From a virus: a DNA stretch of 64,000 nucleotides. Position 1 is the first letter of the stretch. Each line of letters starts with the position of its first letter. Location of the stretch: IMG/VR virus record IMGVR_UViG_3300022602_000037. One strand, 5' to 3'. This document shows positions 61,798-64,000 of the stretch, piece after piece. The notes below the pieces were generated by a model. The model had not been told where the DNA came from. It searched no databases and saw only the letters and a program-made list of their open reading frames with translations. The position numbers and the translations under genes were made by a program.

Positions 61798-62898
61798 ATG
61801 TTGGATGCGCTAAAACAGTTATTTGAAAACAATGTGATTTCTGAAGAGATCAAAGAGTCAATTCAGCAAGCATGGGATTCAAAAATTAATGAAGCCCGTG
61901 AACAAGTTGCTGTACAACTACGCGAAGAGTTTGCACAAAAATACGAACACGACAAAAACACGATGATTGAAGCAGTAGATCGTATGATCTCTGAACAATT
62001 AGCCGCTGAAATTGTTGAGTTTGCCGACGATCGTAGTCAATTAGCAGAAATGAAAGTTAAGTATGCTAAGAAGATGAAGAAAGATGCCGCTGTGATGAAG
62101 GAATTTGTTACACGTCAATTAGCTAGTGAAGTTCGTGAACTACACGAAGATCAAGTAGCAATGGCAAGTAAATTTGGTGCATTAGAAAAATTCGTAGTTG
62201 AAGCTCTTGCTCAAGAAATTACAGAGTTTTACAAAGATAAACAAGACCTAGCTGAAACTAAAGTACGTTTAGTTCGTGAAGGTCGCAAAGAAATCAAGAA
62301 AGTAAAAGAAGCATTTGTTCAACGTGCCGCAACAATGGTGGAATCAGTTGTAACTACAGGACTACGTTCTGAAATTTACACATTGAAAGAAGACATTGAA
62401 GCCGCTCGTCGTGCAGACTTTGGCCGTAAGTTATTCGAAGCTTTTGCCGCTGAATACCAAGGCAGTTACTTAAATGAAAAATCGGAAACAGCAAAATTAC
62501 TCAAAGTCATAGACGTGAAGGATCAAGCAATGCAAGAAGCCGCTCAGGCAGTTGTCAAAGCTGAAGAACTCTTAGAAAGTAAACAAGCTGAAATCCGTGC
62601 TCTTAAAGAGAGTCAAACAAGAAAAGAAATCATGAGCGAGTTACTAAGCCCACTTAACAGTGAGCAACGTGAAATCATGAGCGAGTTGATGGAGACTGTG
62701 AAAACAGAACGTCTAAACGAAAGTTTTGAAAAGTACTTGCCATCAGTAATTAATGGCAAGACTCCGCAGAAGAAACAGGCACTAGTAGAGGCTAAAGAAA
62801 TAACCGGAAATAAAATTTCCAACAACCCACGTAGCAGTGAGTCAGATGGCGACAGTAATATCGTCGACATCCGTAGACTTGCAGGACTAAAAATTTAA
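61798..62898 (+). CDS. Prohead scaffolding protein (T4 gp22-like)
   Basis: 366 aa E/K-rich coiled coil between protease and capsid genes; SD AAGGAG. Confidence 0.85.
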   Translation: MLDALKQLFENNVISEEIKESIQQAWDSKINEAREQVAVQLREEFAQKYEHDKNTMIEAVDRMISEQLAAEIVEFADDRSQLAEMKVKYAKKMKKDAAVMKEFVTRQLASEVRELHEDQVAMASKFGALEKFVVEALAQEITEFYKDKQDLAETKVRLVREGRKEIKKVKEAFVQRAATMVESVVTTGLRSEIYTLKEDIEAARRADFGRKLFEAFAAEYQGSYLNEKSETAKLLKVIDVKDQAMQEAAQAVVKAEELLESKQAEIRALKESQTRKEIMSELLSPLNSEQREIMSELMETVKTERLNESFEKYLPSVINGKTPQKKQALVEAKEITGNKISNNPRSSESDGDSNIVDIRRLAGLKI

Positions 62899-62910
62899 GG
62901 AGAATTTGAA

Positions 62911-64000
62911 ATGTCAGAACTACTAAACGGACGTTGGGCAGAAACTAAGGAAGCCCTATTAGAAGGCTTGCAAGGCACTAAAAAATCAGTAATGGGAGTT
63001 ACACTAGAAAATACTCGTAAGTATTTGATGGAATCTCCAACTGCTGGTGCTACTTCTGCTGGCAACGTTGCAACATTAAACCGCGTGATTCTTCCAGTAA
63101 TCCGTCGTGTTATGCCAACCGTTATCGCTAACGAGTTGGTTGGTGTACAACCAATGACTGGCCCAGTTGGACAAATTCACACATTGCGTGTACGCTACAG
63201 CGATACATCAGCAGGTGCGAACGTTCTAGCTGGTGAAGAGGCATTGAGCCCATTCAAGATTGCCGCTAGCTATTCTGGTAATGCTAACGATGCAGCCGCT
63301 AAAGCCGCATCAACAGCAACACTAGAAGGTCAAGCTGGTAACAGAATGAGCATCCAAATCTTGAAACAAACTGTTGAAGCGAAGACACGTAAATTGTCAG
63401 CTCGTTGGACATTTGAATCAGCTCAGGATGCACAAGCTCAACAAGGTATTGACGTTGAAGCAGAAGTAATGGCTGCTTTAGCTCAAGAAATCACAGCTGA
63501 AATTGACCAAGAGATCATTGCATCTCTAACAACTCTAGCTGGTACAGCTACACAAACTTATGACCAATCAGCAGTTAGTGGTACAGCAACATTCGTAGGC
63601 GATGAGCATGCCGCATTGGCAGTTCAGATCAATCGCGTAAGCAACTTGATCGCTCAACGTACACGTCGTGGTGCAGGTAACTACGCTGTTGTAAGTCCAT
63701 TTGCTTTAACAATTCTACAATCTGCAACTACTAGCGCATTTGCTCGTACAACAGAAGGTACATTCGAAGCTCCAACAAACACTAAGTTCGTTGGTACATT
63801 GAACGGTGCTATGAAGATTTATGTTAACAGCTACGCTCAAGACTCTGCATCTATCCTAATTGGATACAAAGGTGCAAGCGAATCAGATGCTCCAGCATTC
63901 TATTGCCCATACATTCCATTGATGAGCAGTGGTGTTGTTCTTGACCCATCAACATTTGAACCAGTCGTATCATTCATGACACGTTATGGTTATGTTGAGT
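62911..64000 (+). CDS. Major capsid protein (T4 gp23-like), truncated at the window end
   Basis: MSELLNGRW...LENT...RRVMP..IA..LVGVQPMTGP.GQI..LR...RKL.A.WT.E.AQD...YCPYIPL...TRYG; SD AAGGAG; not in the ORF track. Confidence 0.97.
   Translation, partial: MSELLNGRWAETKEALLEGLQGTKKSVMGVTLENTRKYLMESPTAGATSAGNVATLNRVILPVIRRVMPTVIANELVGVQPMTGPVGQIHTLRVRYSDTSAGANVLAGEEALSPFKIAASYSGNANDAAAKAASTATLEGQAGNRMSIQILKQTVEAKTRKLSARWTFESAQDAQAQQGIDVEAEVMAALAQEITAEIDQEIIASLTTLAGTATQTYDQSAVSGTATFVGDEHAALAVQINRVSNLIAQRTRRGAGNYAVVSPFALTILQSATTSAFARTTEGTFEAPTNTKFVGTLNGAMKIYVNSYAQDSASILIGYKGASESDAPAFYCPYIPLMSSGVVLDPSTFEPVVSFMTRYGYVE

Noticed and set aside
1-64000. Stop-codon reassignment, diversity-generating retroelement, CRISPR array, tRNAs
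   Set aside because: Genes, including a 16.8-kb ORF, are intact in code 11; no reverse transcriptase, template/variable repeat pair, spaced repeats or cloverleaf was seen by eye

Overview
A 64-kb segment of a large AT-rich, T4-like (myovirus-type) dsDNA phage genome in genetic code 11. No tRNA, rRNA, CRISPR array or integrase was seen. Layout: (1) 1-6783, + strand: small hypothetical genes, a MoxR-type AAA+ ATPase with a metallopeptidase-VWA partner, and thyX. (2) 6776-48341, - strand: a glycosyltransferase-like cluster, tail fibre/baseplate genes including an S53 (sedolisin/kumamolisin-like) protease and a 5610-aa giant protein, then gp6-, gp25-, gp5- and gp53-like baseplate genes. (3) 48426-54296, + strand: gp55-like late sigma factor, gp47/gp46 (Mre11/Rad50-like), a minimal GIY-YIG nuclease, a ~480-nt non-coding region and a hydrophobic protein. 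(4) A gp26-like chaperone (- strand) and a tape-measure candidate (+ strand). (5) Head module: portal gp20, acidic core protein, protease gp21, scaffold gp22 and the start of major capsid gp23. Strongest unannotated signals: a densely base-paired, apparently pseudoknotted ~450-nt RNA directly after the stand-alone GIY-YIG gene; a 119-codon ORF overprinted on thyX with its own late promoter and a codon-avoidance signature; a -1 frameshift joining the gp26-like gene to a gp51-like frame; an HNH homing-endonuclease relic at the gp47/gp46 junction; and a cluster of GCGAAGC mini-hairpins inside gp46. All family calls come from motifs recognised by eye, not from database searches.
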